Below are positions 9,101-18,252 of a stretch of DNA of 49,534 nucleotides, piece after piece. Source of the stretch: Candidatus Omnitrophota bacterium (GTDB taxonomy: Bacteria; Ratteibacteria; UBA8468; MWAK01); NCBI GenBank assembly GCA_043797665.1, contig JAZDPL010000079.1, positions 1 to 49,534 on the forward strand, written 5' to 3'. The notes below the pieces were generated by a model. The model was not told the origin of the DNA, did no database searches, and saw only the letters and a list, made by a program, of their open reading frames with translations. Every line of letters begins with the position of its first letter. The first letter of the stretch is position 1. Both the position numbers and the translations under genes were made by a program.

Positions 9101-10836
9101 GCGGGCTTTCTTATGAGCTTCCGGAATGTGTTGGTCCGAATTATGCGAAAACACTGGAAGCCTGTGTGGGCTGGTATAGCAGTCGTGACGACGTATTCAT
9201 GCATCATTTGCCCTGTGAATTGTTCCTCGGCATGCCTACAGACCCTGCACAAAAAGGAGAAATTGAACCATACCGTCAATGGCTTCACTCACGTTACGAA
9301 ACAATAGACAAGATAAATGTACAATGGGGGGGGAATTTGAAATCATTTGATGAAGTATCTCTTCCGACAGCCTTGCCCAAAACTGCCGCCGCACGAGCGC
9401 CTTGGGAAGACTGGTGCCGTTTTCGCGACGAATTCTTTGGCAATTTCGCAAAAAAAATGTATGAATCCCTGAAAAGGGGTGACCCGAATTGCCGGGTGAT
9501 TAGCGATTGGATGGCCCCGTTGGGATACGATGGACATCGCGGGACACTTGAACCACTTCTGAGCAGGTATTGTGACTTCGACGGACTACATAGCGGTGTC
9601 CGTCCAGATGATACTTGGATGAAATTCGGCCTCGCGAAAAAGCCCGTGGTCAATGCCGAGTGGCATGGGTCCCTCTTGCTTGTTGCGGGAAGCGAGATGG
9701 ATCTCGCAACAACCGCAACCTCGAAGATGTGGCGCGAGTTTGCCTTTGGCCAGATTGGCTGGGGTATCTTCATCGGCGGCGAAATGTCAACTTGGTACAA
9801 TGGAACACTCATCAATGCGGATGCGACCGTAAGAGCCCATGGTTGGGGAATTCGTGAGGCAGTCCAGCAGATGCGGCGTGTTGCCCTAATAGTACGACGA
9901 GGCAAGAAACTACCGGCTGAAGTGGCACTTTTTTACTCTGTGGCGAATAACCACCAGACCGCTGGTTTCAAGGGCGGCGGTGCAATGCAAACGGAGTTTA
10001 ACACAGGTGAAATCACTTCGGAAGCCTTCCAAAACCTCGGCGGACTCGAACTCTTGCTTCAAATTAACGGTATTGCCCGAGATGTAATCTGGTCAAGGGA
10101 GATGACCGCTGAACAACTCGGTAAATACAAGGTCGTGTTTGTTCCCCCGTCTCCTTATCTGGAACGTGAGTCAGCCGAATTACTTCTGAATTATGCCCGG
10201 CAAGGTGGACACCTGTTTGTTCTGGGTCCGGAAACAGGACGTTTTGATGCTTACGGTAAATCCTTAGAAGCGATAAAAACTTTCTATGGAGATAATTTAG
10301 TTACAACTCGACAACCGGTTGTTTACGAAGGTCGTAACTTCCTTGTTCCAAAATCGGACACGCCTCTTTCATTTGTGCCATCTATTCTCAAAGGCAGTAC
10401 GGTGAGGGTGAGATTTTGCGATGGGCGCCCCGCTATTGTTACCACACCGTATGGAAAAGGATATGTGACATTATCAGGTATTGACTTTGGTCAGGAGATA
10501 GTTACTCGCTACATGGGTATGGAGCCGGAACTCTTCTTCTTAATTCAGGGGGTACTTGCTGACGCCGGAGAAAAACCGTGGATGCAAGCTGATAGTTCGT
10601 TACTACTTCAGCGCCGGGAATTTGATGGCAAGATTTATGTCATTGTTGCCAACCGCGAACAAAGCGACCTGGTTCAGGTGAAAGAACTGAAATTCACCGG
10701 CAACTGGATAATTCGGGACCTATTGCTTAAACACGATATTCCGTCCCGGGTGTCAGATGGCATGACTGTGGTAAAACTTCCCGTTCCTGCAGCCGCCGGA
10801 CGCGTACTTGAATTAATTCCAGCAGATATCAAGTAA
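6187..10836 (+). CDS. large secreted multidomain protein with C-terminal GH42-like beta-galactosidase and trimerisation domains
   Basis: Signal-peptide-like N-terminus and beta-sandwich/CBM-like segments (ARHSGRYAL, FVIDDVSITE). GH42-like YRQWLHSRYETIDKINVQWG, WEDWCRFR and KYKVVFVP...LLNYARQGG. Confidence 0.65.
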   Translation: MRLSRFLNVGYAVMYMVVMCMAALTIYPASTMAETSYVSDFNPDGWWLRNGDSEWYAQEDGSTNSAVFTSTTNVPAGMNGAAAKYGYGVSGGFDAARAHRFLPERAAQEISAGGIATIELSVCLRGCPGPSPFFGLITKAHLVQHNSGNANWTEMAYTNKLGVTMQGYKVAEGVTRTRLVMSADSGNTYESYFFLNPDTVYRLKFSIDASNDKMRLDAKTYSDGSWGKYEQVFDWSDTGVDLKEAGINGMTIQPNHVTYKSEDGTFNDLYPQFDDLEFHSAPKSSAASIGLLTESSNDSTGIIFQSDCETWPTEPADGHWLPQGWEGAFSSKEICTRVGEGNLDIARHSGRYALYCELQSNTTGIKFRWQAKPNTIYLFTGWLQTRMYGLLFRANQAGFKDDKKGEIFLGDSTVFWPEGWHKIEFEVISSPLPGTITLETISWSAQSKFVIDDVSITEVAPWTEIRQIEPPQDEPKLIPQKVGIFEEPGFPAKPIRTATWWKNTLLDAGFQARIVNLEDVCGKESKISDLDVLIMPTGGATPIESHPVLFDLIARGGMILIDGSIRGKIGFESSKSGTDFMGQLIEGVNPFEIVIPGGKVFRNYKGKWASAVYLQQSTPRVYEEPDWHLLTYYHGHVRNSVPWVAKGSMMKLNGRITNLLQSLPAEIGPLNEEITPIIRSSNLREGGANWLEPVPLFSYLDDILIPLYQGIAGEPATWQHGVQNLTTGGESILVRYHTVGQDGGTFVQLGEAAEPILSSPNVSAVVRDIVALQNQRLPGEKPRAWYTQKQELKQEMSNLGDLFFRTRTRITDSVLEDYYSGRLDVFNDRLDSYRQLDQKYRLLLRAVSLADGLDSQNDIGTSYSLRAEIRQKISELNAHLLEAENHLAVPAQLFISYGDRSDAWENGILFGFNNASFGAKSQLDFFRSAAKLGVDWCARFGEALLYSEISPEIRKTGVRVGTNLCGWGYDNRGLSYELPECVGPNYAKTLEACVGWYSSRDDVFMHHLPCELFLGMPTDPAQKGEIEPYRQWLHSRYETIDKINVQWGGNLKSFDEVSLPTALPKTAAARAPWEDWCRFRDEFFGNFAKKMYESLKRGDPNCRVISDWMAPLGYDGHRGTLEPLLSRYCDFDGLHSGVRPDDTWMKFGLAKKPVVNAEWHGSLLLVAGSEMDLATTATSKMWREFAFGQIGWGIFIGGEMSTWYNGTLINADATVRAHGWGIREAVQQMRRVALIVRRGKKLPAEVALFYSVANNHQTAGFKGGGAMQTEFNTGEITSEAFQNLGGLELLLQINGIARDVIWSREMTAEQLGKYKVVFVPPSPYLERESAELLLNYARQGGHLFVLGPETGRFDAYGKSLEAIKTFYGDNLVTTRQPVVYEGRNFLVPKSDTPLSFVPSILKGSTVRVRFCDGRPAIVTTPYGKGYVTLSGIDFGQEIVTRYMGMEPELFFLIQGVLADAGEKPWMQADSSLLLQRREFDGKIYVIVANREQSDLVQVKELKFTGNWIIRDLLLKHDIPSRVSDGMTVVKLPVPAAAGRVLELIPADIK

Positions 10837-10854
10837 GGAGAAAAAAAACCTATA

Positions 10855-10899
10855 GGCACCTACCTTTGGAGTGACTATGATATGGCGATAGTCTCCAAG
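10855..10899 (+). pseudogene. short remnant of a minimal nucleotidyltransferase gene
   Basis: Reads GTYLWSDYDMAIVSK, matching the SDxD core of MNT proteins; no start codon or remainder of the gene. Confidence 0.4.
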
Positions 10900-10972
10900 A
10901 GATCAAAAAAGGCCGGCTGCTCTATCCATCTTCTTTCCTGCCCACCAAATAACTATTGACTCTTCTGACTGA

Positions 10973-11002
10973 TTGACCTTTTCGCTATTCCCGTAGTATA
11001 AT
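10973..11002 (+). promoter_or_regulatory. sigma70-type promoter of the FAH-HIT-gyrA operon
   Basis: TTGACC-N18-TATAAT. Confidence 0.6.
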
Positions 11003-11015
11003 CTATAGACAATTA

Positions 11016-11047
11016 TGGATTCCCGCTTAAAACATGCGGGAATGACA
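11016..11047. repeat. GTCATTCC-type REP half unit in a 5' UTR
   Basis: TGGATTCCCGC-TTAAAACAT-GCGGGAATGACA. Confidence 0.7.
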
Positions 11048-11052
11048 GAAGG

Positions 11053-11859
11053 ATGAAGTATTTAAGGGTATTTGGGCCGCAAACAGAGACTGGCGGAAGT
11101 TTTGGGGTTCTGAAAGAAAACATGGTCTTTCTCCTAAACCACTCTCCCCTTCTGGGGCCGGCTCAGGAAACCGGTGCCACCATGCCTCTTTCCCAGGTGA
11201 CAAAATTCCTGCCGCCGGTAAAACCACCCAATATCATTGCGTTAGGGCTGAATTACCTGGAACACGCCAACGAAAGCAAAATGGAACTGCCGCCGGCACC
11301 GATAATCTTTTTGAAAGCAACCACCAGCCTTACCGGACACCTTCAGCCGATTATCTTACCCGCGGAAGCACCCTCGGAAGTTGACTATGAGGCGGAATTG
11401 ACCATCGTAATCGGCAGGACCGCCAAGGACGTTCCGGAAGACAAAGCTCTGGATTATGTCTTCGGCTACACCTGCGGAAATGATGTTTCTGCCCGGGACT
11501 GTCAAATAAAATTGGATAAGCAATGGGCCAGGGGTAAGTCTTTTGACACCTTTGCACCAATCGGTCCGGTAATTGAAACCTCTCTTGACCCGTCGAATTT
11601 AATGGTCCAGACCCGTCTGAACGGCAAGGTAATGCAGGACGGCAGGACCAGAGACCTTATCTTTAATGTTCCGCAAATTATCAGTTATCTTTCGCGCCAG
11701 ATGACCCTGCTGCCGGAAACCCTGATTATGACCGGTACACCCTCCGGGGTGGGATTTGCCCGTAAACCACCGGTTTTTTTGAAACCCGGGGATATGGTAG
11801 AGGTGGAAATTGAAGGGTTAGGTATCCTGAAAAATCCGGTGGTCAACCAGAAAGAATGA
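11053..11859 (+). CDS. fumarylacetoacetate hydrolase family protein
   Basis: IIALGLNY, VDYEAEL, NDVSARD, GKSFDTFAPIGP and TGTPSGVG. Confidence 0.93.
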   Translation: MKYLRVFGPQTETGGSFGVLKENMVFLLNHSPLLGPAQETGATMPLSQVTKFLPPVKPPNIIALGLNYLEHANESKMELPPAPIIFLKATTSLTGHLQPIILPAEAPSEVDYEAELTIVIGRTAKDVPEDKALDYVFGYTCGNDVSARDCQIKLDKQWARGKSFDTFAPIGPVIETSLDPSNLMVQTRLNGKVMQDGRTRDLIFNVPQIISYLSRQMTLLPETLIMTGTPSGVGFARKPPVFLKPGDMVEVEIEGLGILKNPVVNQKE

Positions 11860-12374
11860 ATAAATCGCCGGAGGTTTTGTGGGCACCGTGGCGCAAAGGA
11901 TACGTAATTCAACCAAATGAAAACAAGGTCTGCCTTTTCTGCCGGGTCGGGAAGGAGAAAAAAGATAGAGAAAATCTGGTCGTTCTTAGAAGCAGGACCG
12001 GCTACGTAATTCTTAACCGTTTCCCTTACAATAACGGCCATCTGATGGTGGTACCCAACAGACACGTTGATAATCTGTCAGATTTAAGAGCAGAAGAAGT
12101 GCCGGAACTATTTTCTATGATTGAATCTGCAATAGAAGGGCTGAAAGAAACACTAAATCCGGAAGGTTTTAACTTAGGAATCAACTTAGGCAAGGTGGCG
12201 GGTGCCGGAATCGCCGGACACATCCACATTCACGTGGTACCACGCTGGACCGGTGACACCAATTTTATGCCGGTCGTCAGCGGGACTAAATCACTACCCG
12301 ATTCACTTGATAGCCTCTATCAAAACTTAAGCGAAGGAATAGGAAAAATATGGCAGAAGAAAAAGAAAATGTAA
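11856..12374 (+). CDS. HIT-family hydrolase / Ap4A phosphorylase-like
   Basis: [24 protein letters not shown] and [16 protein letters not shown]. Confidence 0.92.
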   Translation: MNKSPEVLWAPWRKGYVIQPNENKVCLFCRVGKEKKDRENLVVLRSRTGYVILNRFPYNNGHLMVVPNRHVDNLSDLRAEEVPELFSMIESAIEGLKETLNPEGFNLGINLGKVAGAGIAGHIHIHVVPRWTGDTNFMPVVSGTKSLPDSLDSLYQNLSEGIGKIWQKKKKM

Positions 12375-14797
12375 TGCCGGTAGAGTTGGTAACCGAAATG
12401 CAGCGTTCCTACATTGATTATGCGATGAGCGTAATCGTGGGACGGGCGCTTCCAGACGTCCGGGACGGTCTGAAACCGGTACATCGCCGTATCCTTTACG
12501 CGATGCAGGAACTGGGCTTAGAGAGTAACAAACCTTACAAAAAGTGTGCGCGAATCGTGGGTGAAGTGATGGGAAAGTACCATCCCCACGGCGATGCCGC
12601 CATCTACGAATCGTTGTGCCGGATGGCTCAGGAGTTTGCCCTGCGGTATCCGGTGGTGGACGGCCAGGGCAATTTCGGTTCTGTTGACGGTGACCCGCCG
12701 GCGGCGATGCGTTATACCGAAGCGAAATTAGCGCCCATCGCCGCGGAGATTCTGGTAGACTTAGAAAAAGATACGGTTCCCTGGCAGCCAAACTTTGACG
12801 AGAGCCTTATGGAGCCCGGGGTCTTACCCAGCAAACTGCCAAATCTTCTGGTCAACGGCTCCACCGGAATTGCGGTCGGTATGGCTACCAATATCCCGCC
12901 CCACAACCTGATCGAGGTATGCGACGCTCTGATTTTATTCCTCAACAAACCCAATGTATCGTTAGAAGACCTGATGGCGGTACTTCCGGGACCTGACTTC
13001 CCTACCGGGGGGTATATCCTGGGTAAAAGCGGGATTGATTCCGCCTACCGCACCGGACACGGATTGATTACCCTTCAGGCAAAGACCACCATCGAAGAAT
13101 TAGAACACCGCCGTCAGGCGATTATAATCACCGAACTGCCTTATGAGGTCAACAAGGCCAACCTGGTCGCGGAAATCGCCCATCTGAGCTCGGATAAGGT
13201 AGTTGACGGAATCTCAACGGTCAGGGACGAGTCGGATAAGGACGGTATCCGGGTGGTCATTGAACTGAAATCAGGGGAAAATCCGGATCTGATTCTCAAC
13301 CAGTTTTACAAACACAGCCGGATGCGAATCACCTACGGCGTCATCAACCTGGCGTTAGTGGAAGGCCGGCCCCGCGTTTTCACCCTTCCGGAACTCTTAA
13401 CCGAATTTTTAAACCACCGGAGGGTAATCATCGTCCGGCGAACCCAGTACGATTTGCAAAAGGCGCAGGAACGTCTACACATTCTGGAAGGTTATCTCAT
13501 TGCGCTTGCCTCCATTGATGCGGTAATTAAGTTGATTAAAGCCAGCCGGTCGGTCCCGGACGCAAAAGCCGGACTGCAGAAGAAGTTCGACCTGTCGGAA
13601 AAACAGGCGGAAGCCATCCTGGCGATGCCGCTTTCCCGTCTGACCGGATTAGAACAGGAGAAGATAAAGAACGAAAGTGCGGACTTGAATAAAAAAATCA
13701 CCGAATATCAGGCGATTCTGAACGACCCCAGCCGGGTCAACCGTCTCATCAAAATGGAATTGGAAGACCTGTCAAAACGGTACGGAAATAAACGCCGTAC
13801 GCAAATTCTGCCGGAAGCAATCGAACTTTCCGAAAGAGATCTGGTTAAACCGGAAGACGTGGTTATCACCCTTTCTGCGGCCGGCTATATTAAACGTACC
13901 CCCCTGGATACCTACCGGCGCCAGCACCGGGGCGGACGGGGCGTTCTGGCCGGTTCCAGTAAAGAAGAAGATTACCTCCGGGATATGGTCTTAGCCAACA
14001 CGCTTGATTATCTTCTTTTCTTTACCAACCTGGGACGGGTTTACTGGCTCCTCACTTACCAGATTCCGGAACAGAGCCGGCAGTCAAAAGGCAGACCGAT
14101 TATCAATATGTTGAGACTGCAGGAGGGGGAAACCGTCACCGCCATCATACCGATACCGGACTTCACCGAGGGCAAGTTCCTGTTTATGGCGACGGAAAAA
14201 GGCGCGGTAAAAAAGACCTCTCTTTCTGCCTTCAGCCATCCCCGGGCCGGCGGAATTATCGCCCTCTCCTTAAATTCGGGCGACCACCTGGCTGCAGTAA
14301 AACTGACCGACGGCACCCACAACATCTTTTTGACCACCCGCAACGGAATGGCGATTAGGTTTACGGAATCCGATGTCCGGTCGATGGGACGAACCGCCCA
14401 TGGCGTACACGGAATCCGCTTAGCGTCCAATGACGTAGTGGTTGGAGCCGAAACCTTAAAAGAGCCGGCTCCCCTGCTTACGGTAGCCGAAAAAGGTTAC
14501 GGAAAACGCACCCTGTCAAGCCTCTACCGGCTTCAGAGAAGGGGCGGGAAAGGAATCATTGACATCCAGACTGTGGGCAGGAACGGAAAGGTGGTGGCGA
14601 TGCGGGTAGCCCGAAACGACGACGAAATATTACTCCTCTCTCACCGGGGACAGGCAATCAGAATAAGAGGTGACGGAATCCGGTGTATCGGACGGAATAC
14701 CAAGGGAGTGCGTCTGATTAACCTGGTACCGGGAGATAGAATTATGGATATGGTGGTCAACAAAATCACCGAAACCGAAATAAAAGCGGAGCCGTAA
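12350..14797 (+). CDS. gyrA: DNA gyrase subunit A
   Basis: [29 protein letters not shown]; GyrA-box QHRGGRG and C-terminal pinwheel repeats. Confidence 0.97.
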   Translation: MAEEKENVMPVELVTEMQRSYIDYAMSVIVGRALPDVRDGLKPVHRRILYAMQELGLESNKPYKKCARIVGEVMGKYHPHGDAAIYESLCRMAQEFALRYPVVDGQGNFGSVDGDPPAAMRYTEAKLAPIAAEILVDLEKDTVPWQPNFDESLMEPGVLPSKLPNLLVNGSTGIAVGMATNIPPHNLIEVCDALILFLNKPNVSLEDLMAVLPGPDFPTGGYILGKSGIDSAYRTGHGLITLQAKTTIEELEHRRQAIIITELPYEVNKANLVAEIAHLSSDKVVDGISTVRDESDKDGIRVVIELKSGENPDLILNQFYKHSRMRITYGVINLALVEGRPRVFTLPELLTEFLNHRRVIIVRRTQYDLQKAQERLHILEGYLIALASIDAVIKLIKASRSVPDAKAGLQKKFDLSEKQAEAILAMPLSRLTGLEQEKIKNESADLNKKITEYQAILNDPSRVNRLIKMELEDLSKRYGNKRRTQILPEAIELSERDLVKPEDVVITLSAAGYIKRTPLDTYRRQHRGGRGVLAGSSKEEDYLRDMVLANTLDYLLFFTNLGRVYWLLTYQIPEQSRQSKGRPIINMLRLQEGETVTAIIPIPDFTEGKFLFMATEKGAVKKTSLSAFSHPRAGGIIALSLNSGDHLAAVKLTDGTHNIFLTTRNGMAIRFTESDVRSMGRTAHGVHGIRLASNDVVVGAETLKEPAPLLTVAEKGYGKRTLSSLYRLQRRGGKGIIDIQTVGRNGKVVAMRVARNDDEILLLSHRGQAIRIRGDGIRCIGRNTKGVRLINLVPGDRIMDMVVNKITETEIKAEP

Positions 14798-14809
14798 TGA
14801 AGTACGTGC

Positions 14810-14838
14810 CCTTTCCAATCCTATGGAAAGGGGACCCG
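14810..14838. repeat. 29-bp element, copy 2
   Basis: CCTTTCCAATCCTATGGAAAGGGGACCCG; hairpin CCTTTCCA/TGGAAAGG. Confidence 0.7.
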
Positions 14839-14912
14839 TATTCCCGCATGCCTTTAGCGGGAATCCAGTGATTATAAGTATAGATTCCTGCTTACTATCC
14901 GCAGGAATGACA
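14839..14912. repeat. GTCATTCC-type REP double hairpin between convergent gyrA and rny
   Basis: ATTCCCGC..GCGGGAATCCA...GATTCCTGCTTACTATCCGCAGGAATGACA; the second hairpin is identical to the one at 46275-46304. Confidence 0.8.
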
Positions 14913-14926
14913 TCAAACTGTCGTTT

Positions 14927-16474
14927 CTACTTAGCGAATTCAGAATAGCGTATCTCCCTGATAATGGTAACCTTGATGGTCCCCGGATACTCCATCCCTT
15001 CCTCAATCTTCTTGGCAATCTGGTTGGCTAAAAGTGCGGACTCTGATTCCGAAATCGCCTCGGGCTTGATAATTACCCGCACTTCCCGACCGGCCGAGAT
15101 GGCATACGCCTGACCTACACCTTTAAAACCAGTGGCAATTGCCTCTAATTTTTCCAGACGTTTGATATACCCTTCCAGGGTCTCCCGGCGGGCTCCCGGA
15201 CGACTGGCGGAAAGGGCATCCGCAGCGCTGACTAAAACCGCGTAAGGAGTAGCAGCAGTAAAGTCATTATGATGTCCCCGAACCGCCTCCAGAACTTCCG
15301 GTGGCTCATCGTAACGGCTGGCTATTTCGTAGCCAATCTGAAGATGGTCTCCTTCCATCTCCTGGTCCACACTCTTGCCGATATCGTGCATCAGACCGGC
15401 GCGCCGGGCAAGAATCTGGTCTAATTTTAACTCCGCCGCCATCACCGATGCCAGATGTGCCACCTCCAGGGAATGCTGGAGAACGTTCTGTCCGTAAGAA
15501 GTACGATACTTAAGGCGACCCACCAGACGCAAAAGTTCCGGTTTAATCCGGGGAAGACCTAAAGAAAGGGCCGCTCCCTTACCTACGGAAAAGACCTCTT
15601 CCTCCATCTCTGCCTTTACCTTCTCTACGACCTCTTCAATCCTTCCCGGATGAATCCGGCCATCAACGATAAGTTTTTCCAGGGATAGACGGGCAATCGC
15701 ACGGCGGTAGATGTTAAACGCGGATATGGTTACTGCTTCCGGGGTATCGTCAACTATCAAATCCACGCCGGTAGCCGCTTCAAACGCACGGATGTTCCGC
15801 CCTTCCCGACCGATCAGACGGCCCTTCATTTCGTCTGAAGGCAGACTTATCACGGAAGTAGTGGACGACTCAGCCTGTTCTGCGGCACAGCGTTGCATCG
15901 CTTCCAGAAGGATGTTTTGAGAAAGGTGCAGCGCTTCCTCCCTGGTTTCTTCTTCGATTCGTTTAAGCCTGACCGCTGCCTCCTGTCTGGCTTCTTCTTC
16001 CATCCGGGCAATAAGCATCTTGCGCGCTTCTTCCCTGGAAAGTTCTGCCACCTGTGAAAGACGCACCTTCTCTTCTTCCAGAACTGCGGATAACTCCTGT
16101 TCCTTCTGGGTAACCACCTTTTCTTTATCTGCCAGTTTCTTCTCTCTCTGGTTGAACTCCACTTCTTTCTTATCCAGAAAACTCAGTTTCCTTTCCAAGT
16201 TTACTTCCCGCTGAGAAAGCCGCTGTTCCAAACCCTGCAATTGCCGCCGCTCTTCCTTGGTCTCCTTTTCAAAATCACTGCGCAGTTTGATGAGGGTCTC
16301 TCTGGTCTCTAATTCCAGGTCTTTCTTACGTCGGGCTACTTCAGCGGTTGCCTGAGCCAAAATCTCCTGGCTTTTAACCTCAGCACTCTTCAAACTGCTT
16401 TTTGAAACTATGAGGTGGAGCAGGTAACCAGCCAGTCCGCCCACCAGCAGGTAAAGTACGATCTCAATAATAAT
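14927..16474 (-). CDS. rny: ribonuclease Y (probable non-canonical ATT start)
   Basis: KH domain EMKGRLIGREGRNIR, HD domain HSLEVAH...HDIGK, and ADALSASRPGARRE. Start extended from 16444 to 16474 on the basis of SD position and the hydrophobic anchor. Confidence 0.95.
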   Translation of the reverse strand: MIIEIVLYLLVGGLAGYLLHLIVSKSSLKSAEVKSQEILAQATAEVARRKKDLELETRETLIKLRSDFEKETKEERRQLQGLEQRLSQREVNLERKLSFLDKKEVEFNQREKKLADKEKVVTQKEQELSAVLEEEKVRLSQVAELSREEARKMLIARMEEEARQEAAVRLKRIEEETREEALHLSQNILLEAMQRCAAEQAESSTTSVISLPSDEMKGRLIGREGRNIRAFEAATGVDLIVDDTPEAVTISAFNIYRRAIARLSLEKLIVDGRIHPGRIEEVVEKVKAEMEEEVFSVGKGAALSLGLPRIKPELLRLVGRLKYRTSYGQNVLQHSLEVAHLASVMAAELKLDQILARRAGLMHDIGKSVDQEMEGDHLQIGYEIASRYDEPPEVLEAVRGHHNDFTAATPYAVLVSAADALSASRPGARRETLEGYIKRLEKLEAIATGFKGVGQAYAISAGREVRVIIKPEAISESESALLANQIAKKIEEGMEYPGTIKVTIIREIRYSEFAK

Positions 16475-16480
16475 TTGGCA

Positions 16481-16658
16481 CCTCCTTTTGGAGGTCAGAC
16501 GAAGGATGGTAAGAAAACCAAGACCGTTACGGCTCTAAAAGCAGAAGTATCCTGTACAAGCTGTTTTGATTGCTTGACGCCGTTCCGGCAATAAAAGGAA
16601 GGGAAATACATCCGGATAAGTTTCCTTTTTGTTTTCTTATTCTCTTCATCTGACTCTC
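16481..16658 (-). ncRNA. candidate structured RNA (cis-regulatory leader, or divergent 6S-like RNA) upstream of rny
   Basis: Long-range pairing GTCAGAUGAAG/CUUCGUCUGAC and UAAGAAAAC/GUUUUCUUA; internal hairpins GCCG-GAA-CGGC, CAAGC/GCUUG and GCCG-UAA-CGGU; alternative CCUCC-AAAA-GGAGG hairpin over the SD. Confidence 0.5.
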
Positions 16659-16663
16659 AACAA

Positions 16664-18247
16664 CTAAAGTTTAATCAACGATACGCTGTTAACCTCAGTA
16701 ATATTCTTAATCTTTGTCAAAACATCTTCCGGTACCGGAGCATCGACATTGAGTATGGTGAGCGCCGGTCCGCCTTTCTCCTTCCGGCCCAGGGTCATAC
16801 CGGCGATATTAATCTGGGACGCCCCTAAAACAGTGCCCAACTTTCCGATAATACCGGACTTGTCTTCGTTACGGCAGAAAAGAAGAAACCCTTCCGGAAC
16901 CGCATCGACCAGATAACCGTCAATTTTAACCAGACGAAGTTCCTTCTTCCCGAACAATGTCCCGGAAACAGAAACTTTGCCCGCGCTTAAATCTGCAGTG
17001 GCGGTGATAAGATTGGTAAATTCAGCCGACGTTGTACTCTTAATCTCGGAAAACCTGATTCCTCTTTCCCGGGCAAGAACCGGGGCGTTGATGTAGTTTA
17101 CGCCGGCACCCAAAGACGGAGAGAGGAGTCCCTTTAAGAAATTATGCTTCAGAGAGGACAGGTCCCAATCAGCCATTTCACCATAGTATCCCAATTGTAC
17201 TGCGTTAATCCGGCCACCCGCCACTTGAACAAGAAATAGACCCAATTTTTCACAAAGAGTTAAGTAAGGCTGCAGGACCGTCAGGACCTTTTCACTGACT
17301 GAAGGAAGGTTTGCCGCGTTGGTGATTATGCCCCGTTTCAGATAATCGGCAACCTGACGGCAGATATCCACCGCAACTCTGACCTGTGCTTCTTCCGTAG
17401 AAGCACCTAAATGCGGGGTTACTACGACGTTGGGATGACTCACCACCGGATTACCGGCCGGCGGCTCCTGCTCAAACACGTCCAGAGCCGAACCTTTCAG
17501 ATTTCCACTGGAGAGTGTTTCATCCAGAGCGGATTCGTCCACCAGTCCACCCCGGGCACAGTTAATCAAAAATGCATCCGGTTTCATCAAAACAAGTTCT
17601 TTCTTACCAATCATTCCCCGGGTCTCTTCGGTAAGCGGGGTATGAAAGGTAATAATGTCCGCATTCTTTACCAGGACCTCTTTATCCACCAGGGTCGCTC
17701 CGGTCTGAAGAACCTTTTCCTCGCTGATAAAAGGGTCGTAAACCAGAACTTCCATATCAAACGCACGGGCATACCGGGTCACGCGCTGTCCGATTCTGCC
17801 AAACCCGATAACCCCCAAGGTCTTATGGTAAAGTTCGGTACCGGTAAAGGCTTTCTTCTCCCACTTCCCTTCCTTAACCGACTGATTTGCCTGCGGGATA
17901 TTGCGTAAAAGAGAAAGAATCAAGGCAAACGCATGTTCCGCGGTAGAGACGGTATTGCCTTCCGGTGAATTCATAACGATAATTCCCTTCTCCGTGGCTG
18001 CTTCTAACTCCACGTTGTCCAGACCGACACCAGCCCGGCCGATAACTTTGAGTTTGTCCGCCGATTCAATCGCCTGGCGAAGTACTTTGGTGCCGCTGCG
18101 CACAATCAATCCGTCGTATCCCTTAATCTTCCCGGTCAAAACATCCGAGGTGAGTTTACCGGACTCATCGACTTCAAATCCCTCTTCCTTCAAAATATTT
18201 ACCCCTTCCCCGGACAAGGGGTCGGTTACCAATATTCTCATAGCCAT
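16664..18247 (-). CDS. serA: D-3-phosphoglycerate dehydrogenase (type I, ASB + ACT domains)
   Basis: IGRAGVGLDNV, GFGRIG, NCARGG, TPHLGASTEEAQ and a C-terminal ACT domain. Confidence 0.95.
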   Translation of the reverse strand: MAMRILVTDPLSGEGVNILKEEGFEVDESGKLTSDVLTGKIKGYDGLIVRSGTKVLRQAIESADKLKVIGRAGVGLDNVELEAATEKGIIVMNSPEGNTVSTAEHAFALILSLLRNIPQANQSVKEGKWEKKAFTGTELYHKTLGVIGFGRIGQRVTRYARAFDMEVLVYDPFISEEKVLQTGATLVDKEVLVKNADIITFHTPLTEETRGMIGKKELVLMKPDAFLINCARGGLVDESALDETLSSGNLKGSALDVFEQEPPAGNPVVSHPNVVVTPHLGASTEEAQVRVAVDICRQVADYLKRGIITNAANLPSVSEKVLTVLQPYLTLCEKLGLFLVQVAGGRINAVQLGYYGEMADWDLSSLKHNFLKGLLSPSLGAGVNYINAPVLARERGIRFSEIKSTTSAEFTNLITATADLSAGKVSVSGTLFGKKELRLVKIDGYLVDAVPEGFLLFCRNEDKSGIIGKLGTVLGASQINIAGMTLGRKEKGGPALTILNVDAPVPEDVLTKIKNITEVNSVSLIKL

Positions 18248-18252
18248 ATTTA

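Noticed and set aside
9294..9905. 203-aa ORF on the - strand
   Set aside because: Antisense to the GH42-like gene and Ser/Pro/Arg-rich; a shadow ORF, like the other short overlapping ORFs in the track.
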